Source: the human T2T-CHM13v2.0 reference genome, Homo sapiens
Length of the DNA stretch: 64,000 nt
Strand: one strand, 5' to 3'
Assembly (NCBI RefSeq): GCF_009914755.1
Contig: NC_060938.1
The notes beneath the pieces were generated by a model that searched no databases, was not told the DNA's origin, and worked only from the letters and a program-made list of their open reading frames with translations. Position 1 is the first letter of the stretch. Every line of letters begins with the position of its first letter. Position numbers and translations under genes: made by a program. Of this stretch, positions 43,296-58,950 are shown piece by piece.

Positions 43296-45321
43296 AAGTT
43301 TTATTTTTATGTTTTCAATCATATCCAAAAAGAGAGATTATTTTTGAAAGCAATATTAGTTTTAAAGTATGATATTTTTATTTGGATTTTGTTTTTGTAG
43401 CTTTCTTATTGTTTGGAACTTAAGCCCACTTTTAATCACTTATTGGAGAGATTTATTTAACTTAAGTAGGTAGCATCCTTTCTATGGATGACTTAAAACA
43501 ATGCATTTAGTCCGCCTTTGGGTGAGAGTGGTGGTTGTGGTCAAGTCGTGTGTGTATATATTACATAGATGTTTGTACACAGATGTGCGTGTGTGTGGTA
43601 TAGACGCTGAATGCAGAGATAGATGCAGCAATCTCCACCAAAAGAGCTTCTGTTCAAGTACTTCATAGTTGCCATACCTACTGTTATTTTTTGAAAATAC
43701 CATGAATAATTCACGCTTCTTTGGAATTAAATATTTACATATATTTTTTCCAGGAAGATACTTGAACTTTACTAGATCAAGACAGGTAAATTAAAATAAT
43801 TAAGATTCATATCATCTGGTGGCCTCAATTAACATCTGGATTACATGGCAATCTCTGTTTTTTGTTTTTCACTTTACAATGTTTGCTCTTTGTTGTTCTC
43901 TTCAGAATTCTAGTTGGCTATGAATGCTAGAGCTTTAATTTGAATTCTCCATTTATTAGAACTCTATCTGTCTCCTTGTCTTTTATCATATAACCTATTG
44001 CTTGTTCTCTTTATGCTGTACAATTCTAGCCATATCGGTATCTTTTTTAGGCTCATGCCTGCTACTCCCTCAACATATTAAAACTTTTCTAAATTGCACA
44101 TGAGTTTGCCATGGCCAATGGATGTTGTATTAGGTGTCCTATTGACATTGGACCAGTTTGAGACAGTATCTTTTTTCCTCAACACATTAATCTCAGGCAA
44201 ATAGAAGTGTCTGTGCCCATTTTTGTCATTCCTGTGGAGAAATACTGATTTTGCAAAATATTTTGCTTCCAATTCTAACCTATTTAAGATAAGCAGGTGG
44301 ATTTTGTTGACAACTTATTTCAAAATATAAATCTATGGCAAGTGAGTTATATTTTACTTTCATTAGTATTAAAGTTGAAAGCAAGTTATTCAAATTTATT
44401 TAGTAAAAAATGAATACACTTTGTGACAGATATCAGCTTCCAAAAATCTAGCAAGGTCTGGCATCATGTAATATTCCGTGTACCCAAACTGACAATAAAG
44501 GATTTTGGAAAGAAATAAAATCAGCATCTCTGTGCTATCCTTAAATTGGCCTGAGGTCTCACTAATTCTGGTAGTCAAATCCTCTTGGCTGAGCATGTAG
44601 AAAATATAAAACTTGGTCACTGTGTGGATGCGCATGCAGAAATTTCATCCTTAGAGAAGAAAAAAAGAGATTGGTGGGAATAAATATTAGACAATGATAA
44701 CAGTGTTCTTTATAAGAGCATTTTAAGTATGTATTTCCCATTAAACTGAGAAAAAGTTGTGATGCTGCTCCTAACAATAAAATATTATCTCAAATTTCTT
44801 CAGAGCTTGTTACTCTGACTTAAATGGAGAATGTGCCTTTGGGGTGTGGATGTTACTCACATTGTTAGAGATACAGACATGTACAAGATGCTTGCTGTGC
44901 GGTGGGGTAGAGCACCCGAACATCAAAAAGTGTGAGCCTTCCAAAATAGTGCAGATCTATGAGGACAGCAAATCCTTTCAAAATCAGATACATAGATGCT
45001 CTTGGTTTCTCACTATTATTAACATGGAAAAGTGAGCATTTTTATTATTCCTTTGCAAAGGATGAAACAAATATTTCATTGGGATATCCTAAATGAATGA
45101 TAAATCACTGTCATAACATAACATCAATTATGTTTAGACTCAAGAAACCAGTGATCTATCCTTTTTTGCTCACAAATAAAACGTATAAAGACTTAGTTCA
45201 ACAACTCTTTATATGTCACGAAGATTGTTTTCCCCTAATACAAACCATTAGACAAACATTATAATTTTTTTTGGGAAGGATGTTTTAATCAAAAGTTTTT
45301 AGCAGCTTTCTTACCACTATC

Positions 45322-45614
45322 TTTTTTTTTTTTTTAAGACAGAGTCTCCCTCTGTTGCCCAGGCTGGAGTGCAATGGCGAGATCTTGGCTCACTGCAACT
45401 CTGCCTCCTGGGTTCAAGCGATTCTCCTGCCTCAACCTCCTGAGTAGCTGGGACTACAGGCGCCTGCCACCATGCCCGGCTAATTTTTGTATTTTTAGTA
45501 GTGACGGGGTTTCACCACGTTGGCCAGGGTGGTCTCGATCTCTTGACCTCATGATCCGCCCACCTCGGCTTCCCCAAGTGCTGGGATTACAGGTGTGAGC
45601 CACTGCACCTGGCC
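45322..45614 (-). mobile_element. AluSc-like with TSD
   Basis: TSD accactatc at 45313-45321 and 45615-45623. Confidence 0.95.
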
Positions 45615-46704
45615 ACCACTATCCATTTTTATAATGTCAATTTTGTACTTTATCTCATGCCTCCCCATGCCTACCTCCAGGAAGGTAAAATAAGGCTATG
45701 TTGTTAATACAGCAACACAATGAATTATAAACAAATGCAAGCAAGCCCTCATTTTGTATCACATTAACATATTTAGAAGTTTTACAACTTGTATGATAAA
45801 ACAGAAAATATTTCAGACTTAACAAACTCTTGCCTTTATTAGTGTTTCAATGATAAAAGTAGGTAAGTTCCTCTCCTATTTTTAAGATTGACAGAAAACT
45901 TATTTGTGACCTGGTTCCAGTTTTACAAGAAAATTTTCATACATAACTACATTTCTATATTCTACAATTAAGTGGTTTTTTTTTTGCCATATATCATCAG
46001 TGGATCTGAAGTAGTTCATCATAGTCTAGACTACAATGCTTGTTGTTCTCAAAACTATTCAATAATCTCTGTGTTAATGTTTCATTTGTCAAACTAAATC
46101 ATCTCATTTTCATAATTGTAAAATAGGTTTTACACACAAACACATACATATGCATTTTACTCATTTAAGTTTAATATTAATCTCTGTAAATTTTCAATTT
46201 TGTCTCAGTAATGACTGATGGTGTTTTAATATTTTTTTCCGTAATTCTTTAGAACGTGTTCTGTTATTTTCATTCCATTTCTTAGAGTTATCTACTTTAG
46301 TTGTAAAATGTTTTGCTACATAGAAAAACTTGAATAAAACATGGTTCATTTTTAGAATCTTGTAGTTATATATAATAGTTGTAATGTAAAAATATATGAA
46401 TTCTTTTTTCCCTTTTTCTTGCAACTTCAAGGGTACATGTGCAGGTTTGTTATATGGTAAATTGCATGTCACAGGGCTTTGGTGTACAGATTATTTTGTC
46501 ACCGAGATGATGAGCATGGTACCCAAGAGGTAGTTTTTCAATCTCCACTCTCCTATCACTCTCCACATTCATGTAGGTCCTGGTGTCTACTGTTCCCTTC
46601 TTTGTGTCCATGTGTACTCAATGTTTAGCACCCACCTATAAGTGAGAAACTGTGACATTTGGTTTTCTCTTGTTGCATTAATTTGCTCGGAAAAATGGCC
46701 TCTA

Positions 46705-47106
<402 letters not shown>

Positions 47107-48512
47107 TTATGGCTATGCAGTATTCCATGGTGTATATGTAACGCATTTTCTTTATCCAGTCAACCATTGATCAGTCAACCATTGATAGGCGTTTAGTTTG
47201 ATTTTGTGTCTTTTCTATTTTGAAAGTGCTGCAGTGAACATACACGTGCATCTGTCTTTGTGGTAGAACAATTTATATTCCTTGGGAGTATATCCAGCAA
47301 TGGGACTGCTGGGTCGAATGGTAGTTCTCTTAAGTTCTTTAAAAATCTCCAATCTGCTTTCCACAGTGACTGAACTAGTTCACATTCCCTCTAGCAGTTT
47401 ATGTGTTCCCTTTTCTCTGCAGCTTTGCCAGAATCTGGGATTTTTTTTTTAACTTTTTAATAATGGCCATTCCGACGGTGTGAGATGGTGTCTCATCATA
47501 GTTTTTATTTGCATTTCTCTAATGATCAGTGATGTTAAGCCTTTTTTTTCATATTTCTTGGTCGCATGTATGTCTTCTTTTGAAAAGTGTCTGTTTAGTT
47601 CCTTTGCCCACTTTGCTTTTTTTCTTGTAAATTTGCTTAAGTTCTTTATAAACGGCCACATATTAGGCTTTGTTGGATGCATAGTTTGCAAACATTTTGT
47701 CCCATTCTGTAAATTGTCTGTTTACTCTGTTGACAGTGTCTTTTGCTGTGCAGAAGCTCTTTAGTTTAATTAGGTCCTGTTTGTCAATTTTTTTTGTTTT
47801 GTTGTCACTTCTTTTGGTGTCTTTATCATGAAATTTTTGCAAGGTCCTATGTATAGAATGGTATTTACTAGGTTTTCTTCTAGAGTTTTTAAAGTTTTAG
47901 TTTTTACATTTAAGTCTTTAATGTATCTTGAGTTGATTTTTGTACATGGTGAAAGGAAGGGGTCCAGTTTAAGTCTTCTGCATATGGCTAACCAGTTATC
48001 CCAGTAAAATTCATTAAATAGTGAGTCCCTTCCCTGTGGCATGTTTTTGTCAGCTTTATTGAAGATAAAATGATTGCAGGATCATAGCTTTATTTCCTGG
48101 TTCTCTAATCTGTCCCATTGGTCAATGTGTCTGTTTTTGTATCAGTACCATGCTCTTTTGTTTAATGTAGCCTTGTGGTACCGTTTGAAGTTAGGTAGTG
48201 TGATGCTCTGGCTTTGTTCTTTTTGCTTTGGATTGTTTTGACTATTTGGGTTCTCTTTTGGTTCCATATGAATTTTAGAATATTTCTTCTAATTCTGTGA
48301 AAAATGTCATTGATAGTTTGGTGAGAATAACATTGAATTTGTACATTGCTTTGGGTAGTGTGGCCATTTTAACAATATTAGTTCTTTTTAATCCGTGAAA
48401 ATGGACTGTTTTTCCATTTATATATGTCATCTCTGATTGCTTTGAGCAATATTTTGTAATTCTTGTTGAAGAGATTTTTTTTTACCTCCCTGATTAGCTG
48501 TATTAGCAGGTA

Positions 48513-48514
<2 letters not shown>

Positions 48515-48545
<31 letters not shown>
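48515..48545. repeat. (TG)n microsatellite
   Basis: About 15 units inside L1. Confidence 0.9.
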
Positions 48546-48546
<1 letters not shown>

Positions 48547-49115
48547 CGTATGTGTTGGCAGGGGCGTTAGCTTGTGAATGGGATCGCATTCTTGATTTGG
48601 CTGTCAGCATGAATATTGTTCATGTATGGAAATGCTACTGATTTTTGTACATTCATTTTTTTTTATCCTGAAACTTTGCAAAAGTTGTTTAACAGCTGTA
48701 AGAGCTTTTGGGTAGAGACTATGGGGTTTTCTAGGTAAAAATCATATCATCTTTGAAGAGAGATTATTTGACTTTCTCTCTTCTTATTTGGATGCTTTCA
48801 TTTCTTTCTCTAGCTTGACTGCTCTGGCTGGGACTTCCCATATTGTGTTGAATAAGAATGGTGAGAGTGAGCATCCTTGCCTTGTTCTGGTTCTCAGTGG
48901 GAATGTTTCCAGCTTTTGCTTGTTCAGTATAATGTTGGCTGTGTGTTTGTCATAGATAGCTCTTATTATTTTAAGGTATGTTCCTTCAATACCTAGTTCT
49001 TCGAGGTTTTTCATCATGAAGAGTTGCTGAATTTTATTGAAAGTCTTCCCTTCATCTGTTGAAAGAATCATGTGGTTTTTGTTCATAATTCTGTTTATGT
49101 GATGAATCACATTTA

Positions 49116-50680
49116 AAAAAAATTTATTTTATTTTATTTTAAATTCTAGTGTACATGTGTAGGATGTGCAGGTTTCTTATGTAGGTAAATGTGTGCCATG
49201 GTGGTTTGCTGCACCCATCACATCGGTATTAAGCCCAGTATGCATTAGCTATTTTTGCTGATGTTTTGACTCCCCCTTCCCTTGAAAAGCCACAGTGTGT
49301 GTTGTTTTACTCCCTGTGTGCCTATGTGTTCACACTGTTCAGCTCCCACACATAAGTGAGAATATGTGGTGTTTGGTTTTCTGTTCCTGCATTAGTTTGC
49401 AGAGGATAATGGCTTCCAACTCCACCTATGTCCCTGCAAAGGACATGACCTTGTTCCTTTTTATGGTTGCATAGTGTTCCATGGTGTATATGTACCACGT
49501 ACCACATTTTCCTTAGTCTATCATTCATGAGCATTTGGGTTAATTCCGTGCCTTTGCTATTGTGAATAGTGCTTCAATGATCATATGCGTGCATATATCT
49601 TTATAAAAGAATGATTTATATTCCTTTGAGTACACACCCAGTAATAGACTTGCTGGGTCAAATGATATTTCTGGTTCTAGGTCTTTGAAGAATCACCACA
49701 CTGTCTTCCACAATGGTCGAACTAGTTTACATTCCCGCCAACAGCGTAAAGGTGTTCCTATTTCTCCACGGCCTTGCCAGCATCTGTTTTTCTTGGCTTT
49801 TTAATAATAACCATTCTGACTGGTGTGAGATGGTATCTCATTGTAGTTTTGATTTATATTTCTCTAATGACCAGTGATGTTGAGTTTTTTTCATGTTTGT
49901 TGGCACCATAGATGTCTTCTTTGGTGAAGTGACTGTTCATGTCCCTTGCCCACTTTTTAATGGAATTGTTTGGTCTTTTCTTGTAAATTTGTTTAAGTTC
50001 CTTGTAGACTCTGAATTGTAGACCTTCGTCATATGGATAGACTGCAAAATTTTTCTTCCATTTTGTAGGTTGTCTTTGGCTGTCTGGTTGTCTGTTGGCT
50101 CTGACAATAGTTTCTCTTGCTGTGCAGAAGCTCTTTAGTTATAATAGATCCCATTTGTCATTTTTTGCTTTTGTTGCAATTGCTTTTGGCACTTTCATCA
50201 TGAAATCTTTGCCCATGCCTATGTCTTGACTATTTTAAAATTCATCCGAAACCAAAAAAAGAGCTTGAATAGCCAAGAAAATTCTAAGCAAAGAAAAAAG
50301 AAAAGGCTAGAGGCATCACACATCACACTACTTGACTTCAAACTATACTACAACAAGTAGTCTAGTATGGTACAAGTACAGTAACCAAAACAGCATGCTA
50401 CTGGTAAGAAAACAGACACATAGATAAATGGAACAGAATAGAAAACTCAGAAATATGATCTCACATCTGCAACTGATCTTTGACAAACCTGATGAAAATA
50501 AGCAATGAGGAAAGGATTCTCGATTTAATAAATGCTATTGGGAGAAATGGCTAGTTGTACGCAAAAAAAAAAAAGAAAAGAAAAGAAACTGGACCCCTTC
50601 CTTATACCGTATACAAAAACTAACTCAAGATGGATTAAAGGCTTAAATGTAAAACCCAAAACTACAAAAACCCTGTAAAA
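49116..50680 (-). mobile_element. Nested L1PA with 5' inversion (minus 49116-50229, plus 50230-50680)
   Basis: TSD gaatcacattta at 49104-49115 and 50681-50692; strand switch near 50230. Confidence 0.9.
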
Positions 50681-52010
50681 GAATCACATTTATTAATTTG
50701 TATATGTTGAACCAACCTTGCATCCCAGATAAACAACCTACTCGATCATAATAGATTAGCTTCGTGCCACTGGATTTGGTCTGCCAGTATTTTTTTGAGA
50801 ATTTTTTGCACTTATGTTCATCAGAGATATTGGCCTGAAGTTTTCTTTTTTGTTGTGTCTCTGGTAGGTTTGGGTATTAGGATGATGCTGGTCTCATATA
50901 GTGAGTTAGAGAGGAGCCCCTCCTCTTTTTTGGGAATAGTTTCAGTAGGATTGGTACTAGATCTTCATATGTCTGGTAGAATTAGGCTATGAATCCATCT
51001 GGTGTAGGGCTGCTTCTGGTTGGTAGGCTTTTTATTAGTGATTAAATTTTCACACTCATTATTGGTCTGTTCAGGGTTTCACTTTCTTCCTGGTTCAAAC
51101 TTGGGAGGTTGTATGTCTCTAGGAATTTTTCCATTTCCTCTGGGTTTTCTAGTTTGTGTGCATAGTGATATTCATAATGTCTCTGTTTTTTTTTTTTATG
51201 TCTGTGAGATCAATAGTAATGTTCTCTTTGTCATTTCTGATTATGCTTATTTGTAGCTTGTCTCATTTTTAATTTATTAGTCTAGCTAGTGATCTATCAA
51301 TCTTATTTATTCTTTCAAAAAACCATCTTTCATTTTCTTGGGCTTTTGTATCCTTTTTCTCATCTCAATTTCATTCATTTCAGCTCTCATTTTGGTTATT
51401 TCTTTTCTTTTGCTGGCTTTCAGGTCGGTTTGCTTGTCTTTTTCTAGTTTCTCTTACTTTAAAAGATATTTGAATTTGGCTTAATTATTATGGACAAAAC
51501 TTTGCAAAGAATAATTTAGTAAATGAGTTACCAATTCAGAGCAACTCCCACTTCATTGGACTACAGTGAATATTCTTATTAATGGGAGTAGAAGACGGTT
51601 TCTTTTTCCGATATAATCACTTCTTAACTTCTTTCTCAAGTAAAAAAGTGCATTTACTTTAGAGATTATGCTATAAGTTGAAATTTCCTTTGAGAATTCA
51701 TCTTATACCATGAAATGAACATGCAAATAAAATTTAGATAAAATATGTTTTTAAGTAATCTGTGTTTGAAAATAAACATTTTATACAGACAAATATTCCT
51801 TCTTTTGGTTATATTTTGTTGAGAATCACTGAATAAGAATTCTTAAATTACGTGGGGTGAGTGACATTTGTACTAAAGATGTTTTCCTTTTCTAGTTGAT
51901 CTAGGGTTCTTTTAATTTATTTTCCCCTACTTTATTGAGATATACTTGAAAAATAAGAATTACGTATATTTAAGGTATACAATATGGTGTTTTGATATAC
52001 ATATAAATTA

Positions 52011-52335
<325 letters not shown>

Positions 52336-52779
52336 ATATACATGTACATTGTGAAATTATTACTATAATGGAACTAATTAACAGGCATAAATTAGCATTT
52401 TTACTTCAAAAACTGTTGCACTTGCTTTACCATAAATAAATGGCTCTAAAACACCTTTGTAGTATGGAAGAAGTAATTTTTCATAGTTATTTTGCTGTGA
52501 TTAGCTTGCCCATATTGCAATTGATCTTTAATTCAAAGCCATTAGGAGGTCAAGAATAGGAGTTTGGTTTAATTACTATGAGAGATTATATACCCAGCTG
52601 AATAGACTGAAAAGGTACAGGATTAGAAGGCAAGATATATAACTTGGAAAGTGCTTCTAGTTATATTACTTTCTTGCTTGTTAAATGTTATATTTTAGTC
52701 TAATATTAAGGGTAATCATAATTATTATTATTATTGCTTGTATAATAGTTATATAATTACTTATATAATAGTAATTATT

Positions 52780-53010
52780 ATGGTTTACTATGTGTCTTCT
52801 AAGTTCTTTACATGGATTGTTTCATAATTATTATCACCATAAGCCTCCAGAGAAACCTAAAGATCTGTACTTATTTTATTCCCATTTAATGAGAGAAAAC
52901 TTATATAAAGTCTAGGTAACTTTCTAAAATGTCATAGCTAACACATCGCAGAATCAATATGTGTACATTGGTATGCTTCCTCCAGAGAATAACCTCTTAC
53001 ATACCATGCA
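52780..53010 (-). mobile_element. MIR
   Basis: attcccatttaatgagagaaaact...aggtaactt. Confidence 0.5.
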
Positions 53011-53699
53011 TTCCCGCCTCCCAGTATTGTGCAAACCGCTGTGAAAGTAGTCATTCTAAATTTTCTTTCATCATGTTATTCTTTTACTTACAATTTATAG
53101 TGCCTACCTTTTACTGAGAAATGGACAAATATAGGTTCAAATCCTGGTACATTGATTCTTATTTAAACTGTTTTATTTTCAAGTCTTACACTAAATTTAG
53201 ACCTAAAATTCCATACTATATTTGTGATGTGTGAAGTCCATTATAGCATTGATTTAAGAGAAACATTATTACATGATATCTTATTTAATATAGACATATT
53301 TGTTGAAATACTGAAGTGCAAAGGCTTCGTGTGTCAGAACTGAAGCATTTCATAGTTTTTCTTATTTATAAAATTAACTTCATGCTGCTACTTTCCTGAG
53401 AATGAAACCAATCAGCTGATCCTATGATCCTGTAATAGACCTGCTTGATGAATTTGAAATTCAACTAATTTCATTATAATAGAAACCTGCTTCTTCAAGG
53501 GAGATCCACATAAATCATGTAAATCTCTATTGAATCTGGATACTTAATTAATTTCATGCAGAATTCAGGCTTCAAGAATGCCTGTGCAGATATTCCTTTC
53601 CAATTCTTCTATCTTTTCACTGAAGGTGGACTTTCAAATGCCAGGCTGTGGAAAGGACTTACAGCAGAGATTGGGCAGGTTTTTTAAATTTTATTTATT

Positions 53700-53703
<4 letters not shown>

Positions 53704-53758
<55 letters not shown>
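53704..53758. repeat. (TC)n microsatellite
   Basis: About 27 units. Confidence 0.95.
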
Positions 53759-53760
<2 letters not shown>

Positions 53761-54101
53761 TGCAGCCCATATCTTTTCATATTTCCTCAGGGAAAACCTA
53801 TTGAGTCAGAAATTAAAAGTTTAACTGATTTTGTCTGGTCAAGTTGGGATTAATTACTTGTAAGGAAGGGTACAATGTTTTTCTTAGAATTCCCAGTGAC
53901 TAAAAGAGAGAAACAGATAAGCAAAACAAATAAACCTATGGTTATATCATGTCAATTAATGATTTTGTTTTGATTATTTTAACATTATTTTCATAGTTCA
54001 TTTTCATTTATATTATGTTATAGGCAGTTTAAATTTTTGTTTAATTGTGTTACTTAAATTTTATCATCCATGACATATTTATTAAATGCTTCATTCTAAC
54101 C

Positions 54102-54287
54102 CAGCAGTTTTTAAGTTTTATGATGCATTAGAATCACTTGGAGGGCTTGGTACACTACATATAAATAGCTAAATTACTTCCCCCGAGTTCTAATTTAGTA
54201 GGCCTTGTTTGGTACCCAGGAATTGGCATTTTCAAGGTGGTGCTAATGCTGCTGATCAAGAGTCACCTCCTCACTGAGAACCACTTA
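54102..54287. mobile_element. MER5A hAT MITE inserted in an L2 fragment
   Basis: gcattagaatcacttggagggctt...gctaatgctgctg...tgagaaccact. Confidence 0.8.
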
Positions 54288-55126
54288 TCTAGGCTTTGAG
54301 GATATAGTAGGGATCAAGAAAAAGTCATTTTTCTCATTGGGCGATACAGACAACAAATAACTAAACAAATAAGCAAAATACTGATGGTGATAAGTACTGT
54401 GAAAGGACCCATGGTCATAAAATAGAGATTAACCAGGGATGGAAGTTAAGGGTTATATTAACCACTATAGCCAGAGAAGGTCTCTGTGACCAGGCATGGT
54501 CATTCTGAGGACTTAAATGTAAAAAGCCAAATGTGGTATATACCTGGCATGTTAAAACAACAAAAGAGGTTTGGCATGATTTTGTCAGGTTAACTCATCC
54601 TGGCTCTGACACTCCCTAGTTCTAGGACTATGGATAATTTATGTTTTCACATGTGTCAAAGGAGTGAAATTATTCCTGCATAGAATTTTTGAGGATTAAA
54701 AAAGAAAAAAAAATTAGACTATTCCAGTTTCTGGCAAGATAGTCAATACATTTCTTTTTCTTACCCTTATAATATGTAATATGTCATCTATATATTGATA
54801 CTAGCTATCAACATTTCAAATGTGTGTAATTTGGTAGTGATTTTAAATTTATTTGAATTATCTTCTCTGTTACCTTTGTCACTGGAGAAATAATTACAAC
54901 CTGAGTGCATTTTGGCTGGCCTGTATTATTCCTTAGTTTACCTTTGACACAGTAATAACTTCAAAACTGGTTACAACTGTTGAACTGAATTCACAGAAAA
55001 TTATCTATGTGGTGGACTTTTTTAAATGTATAATGTATATCATACAATATACACTATCCACCAATTTATGTCTTAATATATATGTTTTTTCTTCACAATA
55101 AAATATTATACAAAATTTACTGATAG

Positions 55127-55308
<182 letters not shown>

Positions 55309-57254
55309 TAATGATAATTTTTTCACACTAAGAAACTCAGAACTCCTACTAAATATTCATTTATTTTTTCATGCCCATATATTTGTTAGTAACATAAATT
55401 ATGTTTCTATGAGTCTTGATAAACATTTATTATTGACTTTTGTGTTATAAGTTTCTATGAATCTTGATAAACATTTATTAATGACTTTTGAGTAGATGCA
55501 GAGCACCACACTAGTACTTATTAGAGATGTAAACATAGGAAAAACATGATAAGTTTGCTGAAACTTACAGGCTAGTTGGTGTCAATTTAGACTTCAGCAA
55601 TTTCTAGAATGAAGAGTGTAATATAAAAGATGCTTTAACCTAAAGACAAATTATATGAGAATTAAAAGGAGAGGTTACCACTAGGTGAAATTGAGGCAAA
55701 AGGCAAAAAAGCACTTTCTGAAAGAAATTCTATTTTAGACGAAGCTTCAAGGATAGTTAGGAAAAGGTTCAAAGATAGGGGTAATCATTCTGTTAAGTTA
55801 TTTCATGTACAAAGATAAAAAGCTGAAATGAATAGGGTATATTTAATGAATACTAAGTACATGACATTATCTAATATTGGAAATAAGAGTGCAAAGCCAA
55901 ATCGTAGCCGTGTATAGCAGTGAATGTTAGGTTGTCAGGTTCATTCAAATGAACACACAATGGATAGTCACTGAAGCTTTGTCAACAAGTGGATAACATT
56001 TATAATGTCAACAAATTTCAGCCTGAACCAATTGTAATATATGAGAAGTATAGAATAGGAAAAAGAAATAGTAGGATACCCTTCAACTTTAAATTACTTG
56101 CTTGTGAGGATTTAAATGTGACCCTTAATATCCTGATCTATTTTTAGGCAAATTAGTTATTAGCACAACAGGCAAAAGTGGATTAGCCAAGTATTCTCAT
56201 GAGTATTATGAAAAGTTTTATTTCAGCATGAAACTTACTGTTATAATATATGTGTTTTGCAATGAATCACCTACCTAAACAGCAAGACTTAAAGATGCTA
56301 TGCTTTGATGATTAAATGCAAGTACAACTTGCTAATTATTTCAGTATCAGGTTCATTAAACAATAATATATTAAACTAATTCATTCAGAGTGCAATCATC
56401 TTATGTCTTATTGAGTTATAAAAACAATGAGGTTGTCATTAACTATATGTGAAATTTTTGTGAATTAAACTTTATTAAAACAAGTGCTTCTCCAAAATAA
56501 TACTTTTTAAAATGAAAGAGGATCCAGTTTCCTTTACAAATCCATGTGAGTGGAAACACATATAATATAATTTTAATAATGAGAAATATACTGAGTTCAT
56601 GATATACAAGGATTTATGTATGTGATTTTAAAAACCTATCTGAGCATGGCAAGAGGGAAGTGACTACAGAGGTTATTTGATGCATACGGTCAGGTTATGC
56701 CTCTTAACAAAGTTTTAAGTTGTTTTATATTTTCTAATTCAGAATTTTGGATTGCAAAACCAGATTCATCTCAGTGAAATAACTTAATGTACTGTATGGA
56801 ATAAAATTACGTAATAATAGAAACAATACATATAATACTAATTATATATTATATATGAATATATATTTAAATGTGGGTATGTGTAAACATTTAGCAAAAC
56901 AATGTGCCTGAGGGGGATTGGTAATAATAAATGCCAAATTTTCTTTATTACAGTACTGGTGAAAACTTTATGAAGTATGAGTGTCTAAATATTTTGCTCT
57001 GTCATCGTGCTGAGTCTATATTTTTGTCTACTAGTTTGGCAATGTTTCATAAGCTTTCCTACATCTGCTAGTCCATATTATTTATCTTTTTGATCCACTT
57101 ATTAATTCATCTTTTAATTTATTAAAAAATATTATTGTTAAGATGGAAATTTCAAAGGGCAGGGAAGATTATCTGGTAACACCTAATATTTGATGTTTTT
57201 CCCTTTATTTCAATGCCTATTTTTTTGCTTTTTAATTTCACATTAAGCTAAAAA

Positions 57255-58247
57255 GCTACCTTACAGCAAACAACTAACAAACCAACAATCAAAGTGAAGA
57301 GAAACCAATAGAATGGGAGAAAGTGTTTGCAAACTACCCATCTGACAAGGGATTAATAGCCAAAACAGATAAGGATCTTGAACAACTCAATAGGAAAAAA
57401 TTAAATAATCTGAGTTAAAAATTAGCAGAAGTTCTAAATAGACATTTCTTAAAAGAAGACATAGAAATGGTCAAGAAGCATATGCAAAAATGCTCAGCGT
57501 CACTAATCATCAGAGAAAAGCAAATAAACACTACAACGATATATCATCTCACCCCAGTTAAAATGGCTTTTATCCAAAAGACAGAAAATAGCAAATGTTG
57601 GTGATGATGTGGAGAAAGGGGATCCCTTGTACAGTGTTTTTGGGAAGGTAATTTAGAACATCCACTATGAAGAACAGCATGGTTTCTAAAGAAACTGAAA
57701 ATAGATCTTCCATATGATTCACCAAGCCAGGTGTGTATCCAAAAGAAAGGAAATCAGTATATTGAAGAGATATCTGTACTCCTCTGTTTATTGTAGCACT
57801 ATTGACAATAGCCAAGCTATGAAATCAACTTAAGTGTTCATCAATTAAATATATGATTTAAAAAATGTAGTACATATACACAATGGAATATTATTCTACC
57901 ATAAAAAAGAATGAAATCCTGTTATTTGCAACAACATGAAAGGAACTAGAAAGCATTATGTTATGTAATATAAGCCAGGTATAGAAAGACAAATATTACA
58001 TGTTCTTACTAATATGTGGAAGCTAAAAAAAAATGAACTCATGGGGATGGTAGAATGATGATTACTGGTACTAGAGGGTGGGAAGTGTAGTGGGGAGGGA
58101 AAATAAAAAGGGAGTGGTTAGTTAATGGGTACAAAAATACAGGTAGATAGAAAGTATGACATGTAGTATAAGGCAGCAAAATAGGACAACTACAATTAAC
58201 AGTCATTTATTGAATATTTCAAAAAAACTAAAGAAGTGAAATTGGAA
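57255..58247 (+). mobile_element. L1MA-like 3' region
   Basis: gaatgggagaaagtgtttgcaaactacccatctgacaaggg...gggtacaaaaatacag. Confidence 0.88.
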
Positions 58248-58299
58248 TTTTTTTTTAAGAGACAGACTCACACACATTGCCCAGGTTGGAGTGCAGAGA

Positions 58300-58950
58300 A
58301 GATGTTGAATAAAGTTGATTAGAAATTCTGAAATTCAGGGGAGAGGATCATACTGGCAATGTAAACATGAAATTAGTCAGCATACAGTTTCTACTTAAAG
58401 TTATTTAACAAACTGAGATTTTTAAAGCAAGTGTAGACAGAAAAACAATATCAAAAGACAAGTCTTGTACTCCAAAAGCTGGAAGTCAAGGAAAAATGCA
58501 GGTATCAACAATGAAAACTAAGAAGCACATACTTTTAAAAGTAGGGGGAAAACCAGAGAGCCGGAGTCTCAGAAGTCAAATTAATTGTTTTTAGGGATAG
58601 TAAATGAATAGCCACATCAGAAGTTGATGATAGGATATGACCATCAATAGAGTTAACAGGTCATTGAAAGAGAAAATTTGACAGTGTGTTTGGGAAAAAT
58701 TTATTTTCATGAATCTAAGACAGAGTAAGAGGAGAGACAGTGGCACAGAAAATGTAGATATTTCCTTCAATAAATTTAGCAATAAAGATAAATACAGAAG
58801 TGGGGCTAATGGCTAAAATTTTAAAAAATGAGGCTTAGATGACTATTTTGTTTGTTATCATGTAAGAAAAAAATGGCAAGTCTATGTGATTAAAGGAATG
58901 ACCTAGGAGGGAGAAATTGATGATATAAAGAGATACAGAAAAGGGTTGAT
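58300..58950 (-). mobile_element. L2 fragment
   Basis: tctgaaattcaggggagagg...agtcagcatacag, purine-rich L2 motifs. Confidence 0.55.

Noticed and set aside
43300-45300. Unique-looking stretch with several 60-80 aa ORFs
   Set aside because: No coherent exon structure, codon pattern or known motif visible.
47157-47186. 15-bp tandem duplication cagtcaaccattgat
   Set aside because: Ordinary slippage duplication inside an L1.
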